From positions 120,001 through 152,000 of the forward strand of contig NZ_CP026606.1 of assembly GCF_002945325.1 (NCBI RefSeq): a stretch of 32,000 nucleotides of DNA. Direction: 5' to 3'. How positions within the stretch are numbered: the stretch's first letter is position 1; each line of letters starts with the position of its first letter. This document shows, piece by piece, positions 8,959-19,258 of the stretch. The position numbers and the translations under genes were made by a program. The notes beneath the pieces are model-generated. The model saw nothing but the letters and a program-made list of their open reading frames with translations. It was not told where the DNA came from and did not search any database. Source of the DNA: Methanococcus maripaludis. GTDB taxonomy: Archaea; AGJL01; Methanococci; Methanococcales; Methanococcaceae.

Positions 8959-10269
8959 TTAGTCATCCCTCCTGGCAACTCGCTCGTTGTTTTCAGGGAT
9001 TAATGAAATTGAATTGTCTACATCGGTTATTAATTTTTCAATTCCCGTTTGATTAATTTCAAAGTCCCCAATACACATTCTGTCACACGTATCGCAATTT
9101 TTACTGCATCCACCGTAATCTGACGGTTCAACGTATGATGTGATAATTCCTTCATAATTTCTTAAAATTACTCGGTCAGAACCCCATGAAACCACGTAAT
9201 TTGGCATCACAGGAATTTTTCCACCGCCTCCCGGTGCATCTACAACGTATCTGGGAACTGCAAATCCGGTTGTATGCCCGATTAAACTTTCAATAATTTC
9301 CAATCCTTTACTAACTGAAGTTCTAAAATGAGAAATTCCTTTTGATAAATCGCACTGGTAAAGATAGTATGGCCTTACTCTTGACGAAACGAGTTTTTGA
9401 TTCAATTTTCTCATGACATATGGACAGTCGTTAACTCCTGCTAAAAGTACCGTCTGATTTCCAAGGGGAATTCCAGAATCTGAAAGTTTATCGAGTGCTT
9501 TTTTAGATTCTTTAGTAATCTCCACGGGATGGTTGTAGTGGGTATTTATCCAGATTGGATGGTATTTTTTCAAAACATTGACTAAATTATCAGTAATTCT
9601 TTGAGGAAGAACCACGGGAACTCTTGATCCGATTCTTATGAGTTCAACGTGTTTTATGCTACTTATTTCTGACAGTATCCAGTCTAAAAATTCATCGGAA
9701 AGTAAAAGAGGGTCTCCTCCTGAAAGTAAAACATCTCTTATTTTATCGTTATTTTTAATATAATCGATTGCTTTTTGAATCTCTTCTTTTGAAGGATTAC
9801 TGCTTTTTTCAGAAACTTTTCTTTTTCTCGTGCAGTGCCTGCAGTACATTGCGCAGTTTGGGTTTATATAAAATAAAACTCTGTCAGGATACCGGTGGGT
9901 TATTCCAATAACCGGGGAGTCTTCATCTTCAGATAATGGATCTTCCATTTCAAAATTTTCAAGTATGAGTTCTTTTGAAGATGCCACGCTTTGTTTATAA
10001 ATTGGATCTTTGTCTAAATTTTTTGTATCAATTAAACTTGCATAGTATGGAGTAATTGACATTGGAAATACATCTATCGCTTTTTGGATTTCTGTTTTCT
10101 CTTTTTCATCAAAAGTTATTCCTAAAAAATTTTCTAACGTATCAACATCTTTAATTGAATTTGAAAGCTGCCACTTGTAATCGTTCCAATTATCAATTGT
10201 GGCATTTTCTGAAATTTTTTTTGTATATTTTAATATACTTTCGTCACTTAATTCGTTCAAAACTATCAC
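8959..10269 (-). CDS. ablA: Lysine 2,3-aminomutase (radical SAM, PLP)
   Basis: 'YCRHCTRKRK' radical SAM CX3CX2C motif, 'DVLLSGGDPLLLSDEFLDWIL', 'VDAPGGGGKIPVMPNY'. Start may be GTG 10269 or TTG 10260 (SD-like AGGTGAT favours the latter). Confidence 0.95.
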   Translation of the reverse strand: MIVLNELSDESILKYTKKISENATIDNWNDYKWQLSNSIKDVDTLENFLGITFDEKEKTEIQKAIDVFPMSITPYYASLIDTKNLDKDPIYKQSVASSKELILENFEMEDPLSEDEDSPVIGITHRYPDRVLFYINPNCAMYCRHCTRKRKVSEKSSNPSKEEIQKAIDYIKNNDKIRDVLLSGGDPLLLSDEFLDWILSEISSIKHVELIRIGSRVPVVLPQRITDNLVNVLKKYHPIWINTHYNHPVEITKESKKALDKLSDSGIPLGNQTVLLAGVNDCPYVMRKLNQKLVSSRVRPYYLYQCDLSKGISHFRTSVSKGLEIIESLIGHTTGFAVPRYVVDAPGGGGKIPVMPNYVVSWGSDRVILRNYEGIITSYVEPSDYGGCSKNCDTCDRMCIGDFEINQTGIEKLITDVDNSISLIPENNERVARRDD

Positions 10270-10329
10270 CTAAAAACATAATCGATATATCTAAATTTTT
10301 CGAAATTTAACATGGATATATCAACAGAG

Positions 10330-10340
10330 GGGGTATCCCA
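10330..10340. promoter_or_regulatory. GGGGTATCCCA motif upstream of ablA (candidate osmoregulatory element)
   Basis: About 60 bp upstream of the ablA start; identical to 1508-1518. Confidence 0.4.
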
Positions 10341-10556
10341 AATAGCAAATCGAAAAACCGAAAATATGAGGTTTCAAAATTTAAAAAGGCTTATACATCC
10401 TTTTTTTAAAAGATAGTATAAATAATTAATGGGTAACACTATTATAGCATAAGCTAAAATCAAAAAAACTTGAAAAAGTTTGTTGATATATTTTAATTAA
10501 TTGAAGGTTGTGGGCTCACATAATTATATTAATTAACAATAACAACGATAATATGA

Positions 10557-10577
10557 AGGTTTAAGATAATTAAACCT
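10557..10577. repeat. Hairpin: AGGTTTAA-GATAA-TTAAACCT
   Basis: Perfect 8-bp inverted repeat with a 5-nt loop in the nifX-ablA intergenic region. Confidence 0.6.
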
Positions 10578-10602
10578 CCAGTAAATTCTTTAAAAATAAT
10601 AT

Positions 10603-10647
10603 CGGTGTGAAGTGGGGATATGAGGGATAATTTCACAAATACACACC
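10603..10647. repeat. Inverted repeat GGTGTG...CACACC with nested alternative GTGAA...TTCAC
   Basis: Complementary arms at 10603-10608 and 10642-10647 in an ORF-free interval. Confidence 0.4.
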
Positions 10648-10836
10648 AAACTTTTACTTTTTTAACTCTTTTTGGCCTAATAAAAAGAATTCCAAAATAA
10701 TAATTTTAAAGTGTGCTTTTAGCGAAATTAATAATAAAACCCCAGAATCACCATCCATAATGGATTATTAAGTTCTTAAGTTGGTTAATTGTTTAAAAAT
10801 CGCATAATAACTAAAATGTGATAATTAATAAATAAT

Positions 10837-11157
10837 TTAGGCGGTTAAAAACTCTTTTAAAGCGTCTTTTAATGTATTTTCTGTCATAACTACTTTCATG
10901 CCTTTTCCTTCGAGTACAGATTTAGGATGGTCCCCCATTCTGCTACAAAAGATTGCACCACAGTCTTTTAAAAGTTCGAGTGCATAGTTCCACCTGTCAG
11001 TGTGGTCTTTTATATGTTTTGTTGGGTTTTCCCTAAATTCTAAAAATTCTGCTACATTATCTTTTATTTCAAAAATAAGAAAATGTGTGGCAGCTCCGAA
11101 GTGCATGTTGACATTTACACCATCAGTTGATGCAATTGCTACTTTCAAACTCTCCAT
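10837..11157 (-). CDS. nifX: NifX/NifB-C-terminal-like dinitrogenase iron-molybdenum cofactor binding protein
   Basis: 106 aa; 'VAIASTDGVNVNMHFGAATHFLIFEI' and 'CGAIFCSRMGDHPKSVLEGKGMKVVM' typical of the NifX/NafY fold family. Last gene of the nif operon, overlaps nifN by 35 nt, SD GAGGT. Confidence 0.88.
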   Translation of the reverse strand: MESLKVAIASTDGVNVNMHFGAATHFLIFEIKDNVAEFLEFRENPTKHIKDHTDRWNYALELLKDCGAIFCSRMGDHPKSVLEGKGMKVVMTENTLKDALKEFLTA

Positions 11158-12499
11158 GGTCTACCTCTGTATTTTCGTCTAATGCCCATCCAAACTCGTC
11201 AAAGTATCTGTCGAGTATTGTATTGGTTATAGTATCTACAAGTCTAATTCCTGCAGTATAGCCTAAAGAAGTTATTCTTTGAGCGCCAACTCTATCATAG
11301 ATTGGGAAACCCATCCTAATTAAAGGAATATTTTCGGCACCTGCAATTCTTGAACCGTATGAATTTCCAATTAAAAGATCCACTTTTGATTTTTTAATTT
11401 CTTGGTGGAGATCGTAAAGATCCCCTGGAGCTAAGATTACTGGTTTATGTTTGCTATCTTTAGTTACTGCTTTGATGTCTTCAACGAAGGTTTTACTTTC
11501 GCTTCCGGTACAGACGATTGAAGGAATCATTCCAAGTTCCAAAACAAATCTCGTAAATCCAACTACGACATCTGGATCGCCGTAGATTGCAACTTTTCTT
11601 CCAAAATTATGTTGGTGGGCGTCGATCATGGCATCGATTAATTTTCCACGTTCTCTAGTTATCTGTTCAGGTATCTCTTTATTCGTAAGTTTACAAAGTT
11701 CATTCATAAATTCATCAGTACTCTGCAGTCCTATTGGTAGATATGGTGACACGGATTTTATTCCGTAAGCTTCATGGAGGAATTTGGCGGCGGAATTTGC
11801 ATGCTTACAGAGTGAAATCGTTGCAAATGAATTTGCAGTGTCTTTAAGTTCTTCCACAGTAGTTCCTGCAGATGACACGAATGAAACTTCTCCATCGAAA
11901 GGGGCGTCCATAGATTCCGAAGTATCGGTTAGAATTATTGATTCTATACCCATTTCACGTAAAATCCTTTTGGTTTCTGCAATGTCACCTGGAGAAACCA
12001 TTCCGGTAATCACGTTTAACTTGGAATTTGGCTTTGATGGAGTTGCTAAATTTTCAACCAATGCCTTAACTGTTGAATCGTATCCTTCTACATGTGTATG
12101 TTTATAACTTGGGGTTGATATCGGGACTATTTCGGGCAAATCATCATTTTGTGTCTTGAATAACCGGATGATTCCTTCAACGTCGTCACCAATAGTTTCA
12201 CTAAGACAGCTTGTAGTTACACCTATTATTTCAGGACCATAAATTCTGCTCACGTTTCTGATCGCATGTTTTAAATTTTCTTCACCACCGAGTACGGCAT
12301 TTGCCTCACTCATTGATGAAGATGCCACGTTTACAGCTTCTTTAAAATGACGTCCAAGTTGGAATCTCATGTAGGTGCTGCATCCGTGCGATCCGTGTAT
12401 TAACGGCATTGAATTCTTTACACCCATTAATGCAAATATTGCACCCATTGGCTGGCATATTTTACATGGATTAATTACAGCAAATTTTTTTTCAGTCAT
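11123..12499 (-). CDS. nifN: Nitrogenase FeMo-cofactor biosynthesis protein NifN
   Basis: 'AVINPCKICQPMGAIFALMGVKNSMPLIHGSHGCSTYMRFQL', 'IIGVTTSCLSETIGDDV'; NifK/N-like and positioned after nifE. Confidence 0.93.
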   Translation of the reverse strand: MTEKKFAVINPCKICQPMGAIFALMGVKNSMPLIHGSHGCSTYMRFQLGRHFKEAVNVASSSMSEANAVLGGEENLKHAIRNVSRIYGPEIIGVTTSCLSETIGDDVEGIIRLFKTQNDDLPEIVPISTPSYKHTHVEGYDSTVKALVENLATPSKPNSKLNVITGMVSPGDIAETKRILREMGIESIILTDTSESMDAPFDGEVSFVSSAGTTVEELKDTANSFATISLCKHANSAAKFLHEAYGIKSVSPYLPIGLQSTDEFMNELCKLTNKEIPEQITRERGKLIDAMIDAHQHNFGRKVAIYGDPDVVVGFTRFVLELGMIPSIVCTGSESKTFVEDIKAVTKDSKHKPVILAPGDLYDLHQEIKKSKVDLLIGNSYGSRIAGAENIPLIRMGFPIYDRVGAQRITSLGYTAGIRLVDTITNTILDRYFDEFGWALDENTEVDHGEFESSNCIN

Positions 12500-12515
12500 A
12501 ATATTCCTCTAATCG

Positions 12516-13958
12516 TCATTTTCTAGAAAGTCTCCAAATTGGCGTCATAACTGCGGTATGTACAACTCTTGCAAAATTTATGAAGCCCTGATAGCCTGAA
12601 AAGGCAGTTATCCTGTCGTGATTGAAATCACAGTGAGGAATTCCACTTTTCAGTGATAAATATTTTTCTTTAGCTCCAGAAATTAATATGTCAGGTTTGT
12701 ATTCTTTGAGAAGCTGTACAAGTTCCATTGAACTTGCATCGTCCACAATTAATGTACCTTCGCAGACGTGATCTCTAATTTGTTGGTAATCTTCGGGTTT
12801 TCCGTTTTGGGTACCACTCATGATAATTTCCATATCGAGTTCACCAAATGCGCTTACCAGTGCCCAAGATTTATGGGCTCCGGAATATATCGCTACGGTT
12901 CTACCGGATAGATCTTTTTTGTATTCAGAAATTTCATCTCTAAGATTTTTAATTTCTGATTTTATGAGTTCTTCAGTTCTTTTAATCATTTCTTCATCGC
13001 CGAAAAATTCTGCAACAGCCCTTAAAGACTTTGTAGTTTCGTCGAGTCCAAAGAAATTTACTTTAATGCTCGGTATTCCGTATTTCTTTTCCATTTGGCT
13101 TGCTAAATAATTGGATGATTTTTGGCATTGAACTATATTTAATTTAGATCGGTGCGCACTTGCAACTTTAGCGACTGTTGAGTCTCCAGTAATTGCAGTG
13201 TGTACTTTCACACCCATTTTTTCATATAATGGAATAATTCCCCAGAGATCTCCTGCAACATTGAATTCTCCAATTATATTAATACTGTAGGGGTGCTCTT
13301 CTTCTGGCTCTTCTGTGCCAATTACGTAATCAAGCATTGCGTCACATGCGAGTTTGTGACCTGCAGTTTTATTAAAACTTTTGAACCCTTCTGACTGTAC
13401 CGGAATAACTCTGCAGCCCGTTGCTTCTTGTGCCTGTCTACAAACTGCTTTAAGATCATCTCCAATCAAACCTACTACGCAAGTTGAGTAAACAAATATT
13501 GCACCAGGGTGATAAAGCTTATTTACTTCCAAAATGGATTCATAGAGCTTTTTTTCTCCACCAAATACAATATCTTTCTCTTGCAAATCAGTTGAGAATC
13601 CGTTTTTGTAAAGTTTATCTCCTGTAGATTTACTTCCACGAATATCCCAAGTGCATGCTGCGCAGCCTATTGGCCCGTGTACGAGATGTACTGCATCAGT
13701 TATTGGCATTAGAACAACTCTTGCTCCCCCGTATACGCAGGATCTCTGGGTAATCATTCCAGGGGTTGAGTTTTTGTCACATGTAGGAATTGAATCGTCT
13801 TTTCCAGAAACACACATTTGTGATTCTCTGGCTTTTAACGCTTCAATAGATTTTAATTTTTCAAAAATGGAATTTGGGATTTTGACTTCTAAGTCAAAAT
13901 CATCATCGTTATTTCCATCTTGCATTTTCCGGTTTTCTGTATCAAGGTTCAAAACCAT
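12516..13958 (-). CDS. nifE: Nitrogenase FeMo-cofactor biosynthesis protein NifE
   Basis: 'SCVYGGARVVLMPITDAVHLVHGPIGCAACTWDIRGS' matches NifE. Start at internal ATG 13958 with SD AAAGAGG; the supplied ORF extends upstream to 14051 into nifK. Confidence 0.94.
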   Translation of the reverse strand: MVLNLDTENRKMQDGNNDDDFDLEVKIPNSIFEKLKSIEALKARESQMCVSGKDDSIPTCDKNSTPGMITQRSCVYGGARVVLMPITDAVHLVHGPIGCAACTWDIRGSKSTGDKLYKNGFSTDLQEKDIVFGGEKKLYESILEVNKLYHPGAIFVYSTCVVGLIGDDLKAVCRQAQEATGCRVIPVQSEGFKSFNKTAGHKLACDAMLDYVIGTEEPEEEHPYSINIIGEFNVAGDLWGIIPLYEKMGVKVHTAITGDSTVAKVASAHRSKLNIVQCQKSSNYLASQMEKKYGIPSIKVNFFGLDETTKSLRAVAEFFGDEEMIKRTEELIKSEIKNLRDEISEYKKDLSGRTVAIYSGAHKSWALVSAFGELDMEIIMSGTQNGKPEDYQQIRDHVCEGTLIVDDASSMELVQLLKEYKPDILISGAKEKYLSLKSGIPHCDFNHDRITAFSGYQGFINFARVVHTAVMTPIWRLSRK

Positions 13959-13980
13959 AGTATTCCTCTTTATTTTGGGC

Positions 13981-15369
13981 TTACTGTTGGAGTTTCCAGT
14001 CTTGAGTTTCGTAGTATTTATCGAGGATTGTGTTTGTAATTCCATCGACAAGGTTCAAAGCACCATTGTATCCAATAATTGGTCTTCTTTGGTATCCTAC
14101 TCTATCGTATACTGGGTATCCTACTCTGTAGAGTGGTATTCCGAGGTCTTTTGCCATCAATCTACCATCTGAGCTACCAATCATTAAATCGACTGGGTTT
14201 TCTTTTAAGTAAACATCTAATGCTCTTAAGTCTTGTCCGAAGAGTGCATCAATGTCTTCATCTGATTCTTTAGCTACTTTTTTCAAGTCATTAACGAAGT
14301 ATTCGTTTTTAACTCCAGTACATACCACTTTAGGAATCATTCCAAGTTCTGCTACAAATCTTGCCATTCCTACAGTTATTGATGGGTCACCGTAGATTGC
14401 TACTTTTCTTCCGAATAAGTATCTTGATGCAACATCAGCCATTGCGTCAATCACAATACCTCTTTCGTCAAGTATCTCATCAGTAACATCGTTTCCAGTG
14501 AATTTTTTAACAGTTCTTATGAAACTGTCAGTATTTTGAATACCGATTGGTGCTTCACTCACTTTTGAAGGCATGTTGTATTTTTTCTCAAGTGATGCAG
14601 GAGCACTGCTTGCATAGTTAGCAAGTGAAATTGTACCAAGTGAGTTTGCACAGTCCTGAATATCTGCAAGAGGTGTTCCACCTTTTTGATAGTATGGATT
14701 TTTATCTGCTTTTGAAGGCCTGAGTGGTGAATCAAATGGATCAGAGGTATCTGTAAGTAAAATACCTTCAACCCCCATGAGTGAAAGCATATGTTTGATT
14801 TCCCTGATGTCTCCAGGGTTTACAATTCCTGGAATGATATTTAATTTTCCATTTTCTTCGTCTTTTGGTTCAGCTAATGTATCTACAATTGCTTTTATTG
14901 CATTATCGTATCCTTTGAACTGGTGCTCAACGAAACTTGGAGTATTAATCTGAACAATTTTTATTTTTGAAGCAGCTTCTTCACCCATTTTCTTTGCAAT
15001 TTCTACTTTAGCTGTTTTAATGAAACCAGCAACGTCATCTCCGATGATTTCACTGGAACATGTTGTTACAACACCCATTACATCAGGTTTAAACCTTGCA
15101 GCTAAGTTTCCGAGACCTGAAATCAGGTTTTTTCTTCCACCGAATACTGCTGCATCCTCGTGAAGTGAGGTTACTGCAATATCTGCAGGTTCTCTAAAGT
15201 GTCTTGCAAATCCATATCTTACGAATGTTGAACATCCTTGTGATCCGTGAACTAAAGGCATTCCTCTTTCAATTCCAGATACTGCGTACATTGCACCTAA
15301 AGGTTGGCATGTTACGATTGGGTTAATTACCGCGGTTCTTTCTTTTTTGATTACGTTTAACTCACTCAT
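13981..15369 (-). CDS. nifK: Nitrogenase molybdenum-iron protein beta chain
   Basis: '[46 protein letters not shown]', '[17 protein letters not shown]'. Start ATG 15369 ([12 protein letters not shown]) with SD AGGTGA; overlaps the nifD stop by 8 nt. Confidence 0.96.
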   Translation of the reverse strand: MSELNVIKKERTAVINPIVTCQPLGAMYAVSGIERGMPLVHGSQGCSTFVRYGFARHFREPADIAVTSLHEDAAVFGGRKNLISGLGNLAARFKPDVMGVVTTCSSEIIGDDVAGFIKTAKVEIAKKMGEEAASKIKIVQINTPSFVEHQFKGYDNAIKAIVDTLAEPKDEENGKLNIIPGIVNPGDIREIKHMLSLMGVEGILLTDTSDPFDSPLRPSKADKNPYYQKGGTPLADIQDCANSLGTISLANYASSAPASLEKKYNMPSKVSEAPIGIQNTDSFIRTVKKFTGNDVTDEILDERGIVIDAMADVASRYLFGRKVAIYGDPSITVGMARFVAELGMIPKVVCTGVKNEYFVNDLKKVAKESDEDIDALFGQDLRALDVYLKENPVDLMIGSSDGRLMAKDLGIPLYRVGYPVYDRVGYQRRPIIGYNGALNLVDGITNTILDKYYETQDWKLQQ

Positions 15370-16795
15370 TTGAATCACCTGGTTCTTCGTCTTCAAATTC
15401 CATTAATTTCCAGGCTGGGTTGTATATTGCTGTGTATATATCTCTTGCCATGTTTACGAATCCTTCAAATCCAATGTATGGACCGTTTTCGTAAGAGTGT
15501 ATCATTACTGAAGGTACTCCTAATTTGTGGAAGAAATATTTCTCTTTGATACCACCAAGAACTATTTCTGGTTGGTATTTTTCAACAACTTCTTCCATTT
15601 CAAGGGTATTCGGGTCGTCAATGATAATTGTACCATCTTTTGCCCTTTCTTGCATTTTTTCGTATCCATCTTCGTGCTCGAAGAGACCTGAAAGTGCTAC
15701 TACATCCATTCCTAAGTATTGTTCTATTGGTTTGGATAAGTGCCAGCTTTTTGGACCTCCTGCTGAAATCCAGATTTTTTTACCTTGTAATTTTGATTTG
15801 TAGAAATCAAGTTCAGGTTGGATTTTTTCCATTTCTTTTTTGATAACTGCTTCAGCTTCAATTTCTTTTCCGAAGTATTTACCTACTGCTCTTAAGTTTT
15901 CAGCACAGTATTCTGGACCGAAGAAATCTACTTTCAGGTACGGAACACCGTATTTTTCTTCGATTAATTTTGCTACATAAGTTGCAGATCTTTGGCATCT
16001 TACAAGGCTTAATTTTGCTTTGTGCATCCAGCAGAGTTCACCGTGGGTTGCATCCCCGGTAAATTTACTCAGAACGTTAATGCCCATATCATCGAAGTAT
16101 TTTTCGAGAACCCAGTAGTCACCATCGATGTTATATTCTCCAATAAGGTTGATGTCGTAATCGGTTGTTTTAGGAGGTTCTTTTGTTCCAACTAATTTTT
16201 CAAATATCGTGTAGTTTCCTACGTGGTGTCCTTTTGATTGTGTTGGTCCTGCAAATCCTGGAGCGTTGAATGCTACAACATCTTTTCCAAGTTCTGCTTG
16301 CATTTCTTTACATACTGCATCTAAGTCGTCTCCAATAAGACCTGTTGTACATGTTGCGTAAACGTAGATTGCATTTACGAATGGGTACTCTTTTGCAGCT
16401 TCCCTAATTGTTGTTTTAAGTTTTTTCATTCCACCAAACACAACATCGGATTCAGTTAAATCTGTTCCAACGATGTGTTTTAAGTTGAAGTTTTCAACCG
16501 GGAATACGCTTCCATCGGGCATTTCGGGTCTTGTTGGGTATCTTTTTGTTGTACCGTTTCCATATGAGGTACATCCTACTGGCGAGTGTACTACGTGCAA
16601 TACATCTTTTATTGCACCAGTAATAACACCTTTTACTCCTGCAAAAGCACATCCTCTTTCAGTCATACTTCCAGGGATTGTGTTTGTATTACATCTTTGT
16701 TTGCAGTGTCCTTTTGGTTCTTTTGAGTCTTTGATGTAAATGTGTTGTTCTCTTTCAGGGATATCTTTATCTACATCCAATAAACAGAATGGCAT
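15362..16795 (-). CDS. nifD: Nitrogenase molybdenum-iron protein alpha chain
   Basis: '[28 protein letters not shown]', '[17 protein letters not shown]', '[27 protein letters not shown]'. Confidence 0.96.
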   Translation of the reverse strand: MPFCLLDVDKDIPEREQHIYIKDSKEPKGHCKQRCNTNTIPGSMTERGCAFAGVKGVITGAIKDVLHVVHSPVGCTSYGNGTTKRYPTRPEMPDGSVFPVENFNLKHIVGTDLTESDVVFGGMKKLKTTIREAAKEYPFVNAIYVYATCTTGLIGDDLDAVCKEMQAELGKDVVAFNAPGFAGPTQSKGHHVGNYTIFEKLVGTKEPPKTTDYDINLIGEYNIDGDYWVLEKYFDDMGINVLSKFTGDATHGELCWMHKAKLSLVRCQRSATYVAKLIEEKYGVPYLKVDFFGPEYCAENLRAVGKYFGKEIEAEAVIKKEMEKIQPELDFYKSKLQGKKIWISAGGPKSWHLSKPIEQYLGMDVVALSGLFEHEDGYEKMQERAKDGTIIIDDPNTLEMEEVVEKYQPEIVLGGIKEKYFFHKLGVPSVMIHSYENGPYIGFEGFVNMARDIYTAIYNPAWKLMEFEDEEPGDSNE

Positions 16796-16844
16796 GTTTG
16801 CCCTCCTAAAAAATTTTTAAAGGGTAATTTTGGGGTCTATTTGC

Positions 16845-17210
16845 TTAAATTGCAGCTTCTCCTCTTTCAGAGGTTCTTACTGTGATTATATCTTCAATTG
16901 GACATACGAAGATTTTTCCGTCACCGTATTGGCCAGATTTATTTACTTTCATAATTGCTTCAACTACAAGGCTTGCATCCTCATCAGGAACAATTAATGT
17001 TAGCATTGTTTTTGGGATGTATCTCATGTCCCCCGGTTGGTTTAACAATTCTTTGTTGTCAACTTCAAATCCGAGTTCTCCAACAATTGCTTTTTGTTTT
17101 CCCCTTCCAAGAACCCTGTTCGCAGTCATTGCTGGAAATCCAAGGCCTTCGAGGACAGTTTTTGTTTGTGCCATTTTGCTTGGCCGAATTATTGCGATTA
17201 TCTCTTTCAT
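16845..17210 (-). CDS. nifI2: PII-like nitrogenase regulatory protein NifI2
   Basis: GlnB-like 121 aa; 'MKEIIAIIRPSKMAQTKTVLEGLGFPAMTANRVLGRGKQK', 'GQYGDGKIFVCPIEDIITVRT'. Located between nifI1 and nifD. Confidence 0.94.
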   Translation of the reverse strand: MKEIIAIIRPSKMAQTKTVLEGLGFPAMTANRVLGRGKQKAIVGELGFEVDNKELLNQPGDMRYIPKTMLTLIVPDEDASLVVEAIMKVNKSGQYGDGKIFVCPIEDIITVRTSERGEAAI

Positions 17211-17219
17211 ATAATCACC

Positions 17220-17537
17220 TTATAATCCGCATGATCTTGTTCTAACTGTGTATGCTTCATCTACAGGACTTACGAATATCTTACCGTCACCAAAGCTTCC
17301 TGTGTATGCAGTTTTTGTAATTAATTCAATTACATTTTCTGCTGCATCGTCTTCAACTACGAGCATGAGCATTGTTTTTGGAAGTTCATCGTAGTAAATC
17401 TGGTCAATCTTAATTCCTTTCTGTTTTCCTCTTCCAATGACGTCCATTTTTGTTAAAGCTACGCATCCGGATTCAGCGAGTGCATCTACAACTTCTTCTG
17501 CTTTACTTGGTCTGACTACTGCTCTAATCATTTTCAT
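17220..17537 (-). CDS. nifI1: PII-like nitrogenase regulatory protein NifI1
   Basis: GlnB-like 105 aa; 'MKMIRAVVRPSKAEEVVDALAESGCVALTKMDVIGRGKQKG', 'GSFGDGKIFVSPVDEAYTVRT'. Located directly downstream of nifH. Confidence 0.94.
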   Translation of the reverse strand: MKMIRAVVRPSKAEEVVDALAESGCVALTKMDVIGRGKQKGIKIDQIYYDELPKTMLMLVVEDDAAENVIELITKTAYTGSFGDGKIFVSPVDEAYTVRTRSCGL

Positions 17538-17579
17538 TTTTTGCCCTCTTGAAAATTTAAGGTAAGTAATTTAATTTAT

Positions 17580-18410
<831 letters not shown>

Positions 18411-18437
18411 TTAGGCCTCTATATATTGTTGTCTTTC

Positions 18438-18451
18438 GGAAATTTATTTCC
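18438..18451. promoter_or_regulatory. NrpR-type nitrogen operator, promoter-distal (OR2-like): GGAAATTTATTTCC
   Basis: Matches the methanogen NrpR operator consensus GGAA-N6-TTCC, 31 bp upstream of the nifH start codon. Confidence 0.9.
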
Positions 18452-18470
18452 GATCTTTTAGTTATTATAC

Positions 18471-18484
18471 GGAAGCTTCTTTCC
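18471..18484. promoter_or_regulatory. NrpR-type nitrogen operator, promoter-proximal (OR1-like): GGAAGCTTCTTTCC (minus strand GGAAAGAAGCTTCC)
   Basis: GGAA-N6-TTCC with centre 33 bp from the second operator, near the expected start site. Confidence 0.92.
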
Positions 18485-18510
18485 GGTGAACTATGCTATA
18501 GGTTATTTAC

Positions 18511-18518
18511 TATATAAA
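18511..18518 (-). promoter_or_regulatory. nif operon TATA box (minus-strand TTTATATA)
   Basis: Minus strand reads CGAAAACTTTATATAG, a BRE/TATA-like element about 27 bp upstream of the OR1-like operator. Confidence 0.8.
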
Positions 18519-18751
18519 GTTTTCGCCCCTATCAAAAAAACAACGATAATGCCTCCATAAAAACTAAAAAAACGCCCTGTAATCATTTTAAATTAACTTT
18601 TAAGAAAAAATGTAATTACTATAGATTATAATTAAAAAAATCAGGGAAATTTACATTACATTGGATTATCATACTAAGCGTATTAAGTAAAATATATCAA
18701 TCTTAAAAATCAAATAATATCATATTAAATTTTGTTTGAGGGGATTTAAAA

Positions 18752-19231
18752 ATGGTTTTCAAAATTCCAAAGATGAATCGTGAAGAATACGACCTACTTG
18801 TAAAAGATAACCATATTTCAAGAATTGCGTTTTTAGGATCAAAATATCCCTACATCGCGCCATTTCTATATGTATTTAACGAAAATAATCTCTACTTTCT
18901 TTCGACAAAATACGGTCGTAAAATTGATCTTTTAAAAAATAATCCTTATGTATCTGTTGAAATTGAAAAATTTTCTGAAGATATGTCTTGTTACAAATTT
19001 ATAACACTCCAGGGAAAAATTGTTCCAGAATATCACTTGGAAAAAAAGAAAGAAATTAGGCAGAGTTTTGTAGATTTAATTATTTCAAAAAATTTATCAA
19101 CTGTGGTTTTAGAAGCACTCGGGCAAAACTCCGATGAACCTGTTGAAAATATAGTTACTGCTGATAACACTTACGTCTGGAAATTAACAGATGTTGAAGA
19201 TATAGTTGCGCTAAAAAATAGCAATGAATAA
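18752..19231 (+). CDS. Pyridoxamine 5'-phosphate oxidase-related / FMN-binding split-barrel protein
   Basis: 'LLVKDNHISRIAFLGSKYPYIAPFLYVFNENNLYFLSTKYGRKIDLLKNNPYVSVEIE' is typical of the PNPOx-like/NimA family. Confidence 0.8.
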   Translation: MVFKIPKMNREEYDLLVKDNHISRIAFLGSKYPYIAPFLYVFNENNLYFLSTKYGRKIDLLKNNPYVSVEIEKFSEDMSCYKFITLQGKIVPEYHLEKKKEIRQSFVDLIISKNLSTVVLEALGQNSDEPVENIVTADNTYVWKLTDVEDIVALKNSNE

Positions 19232-19258
19232 AAATAAATTAATTATCTGGTGAATTTA

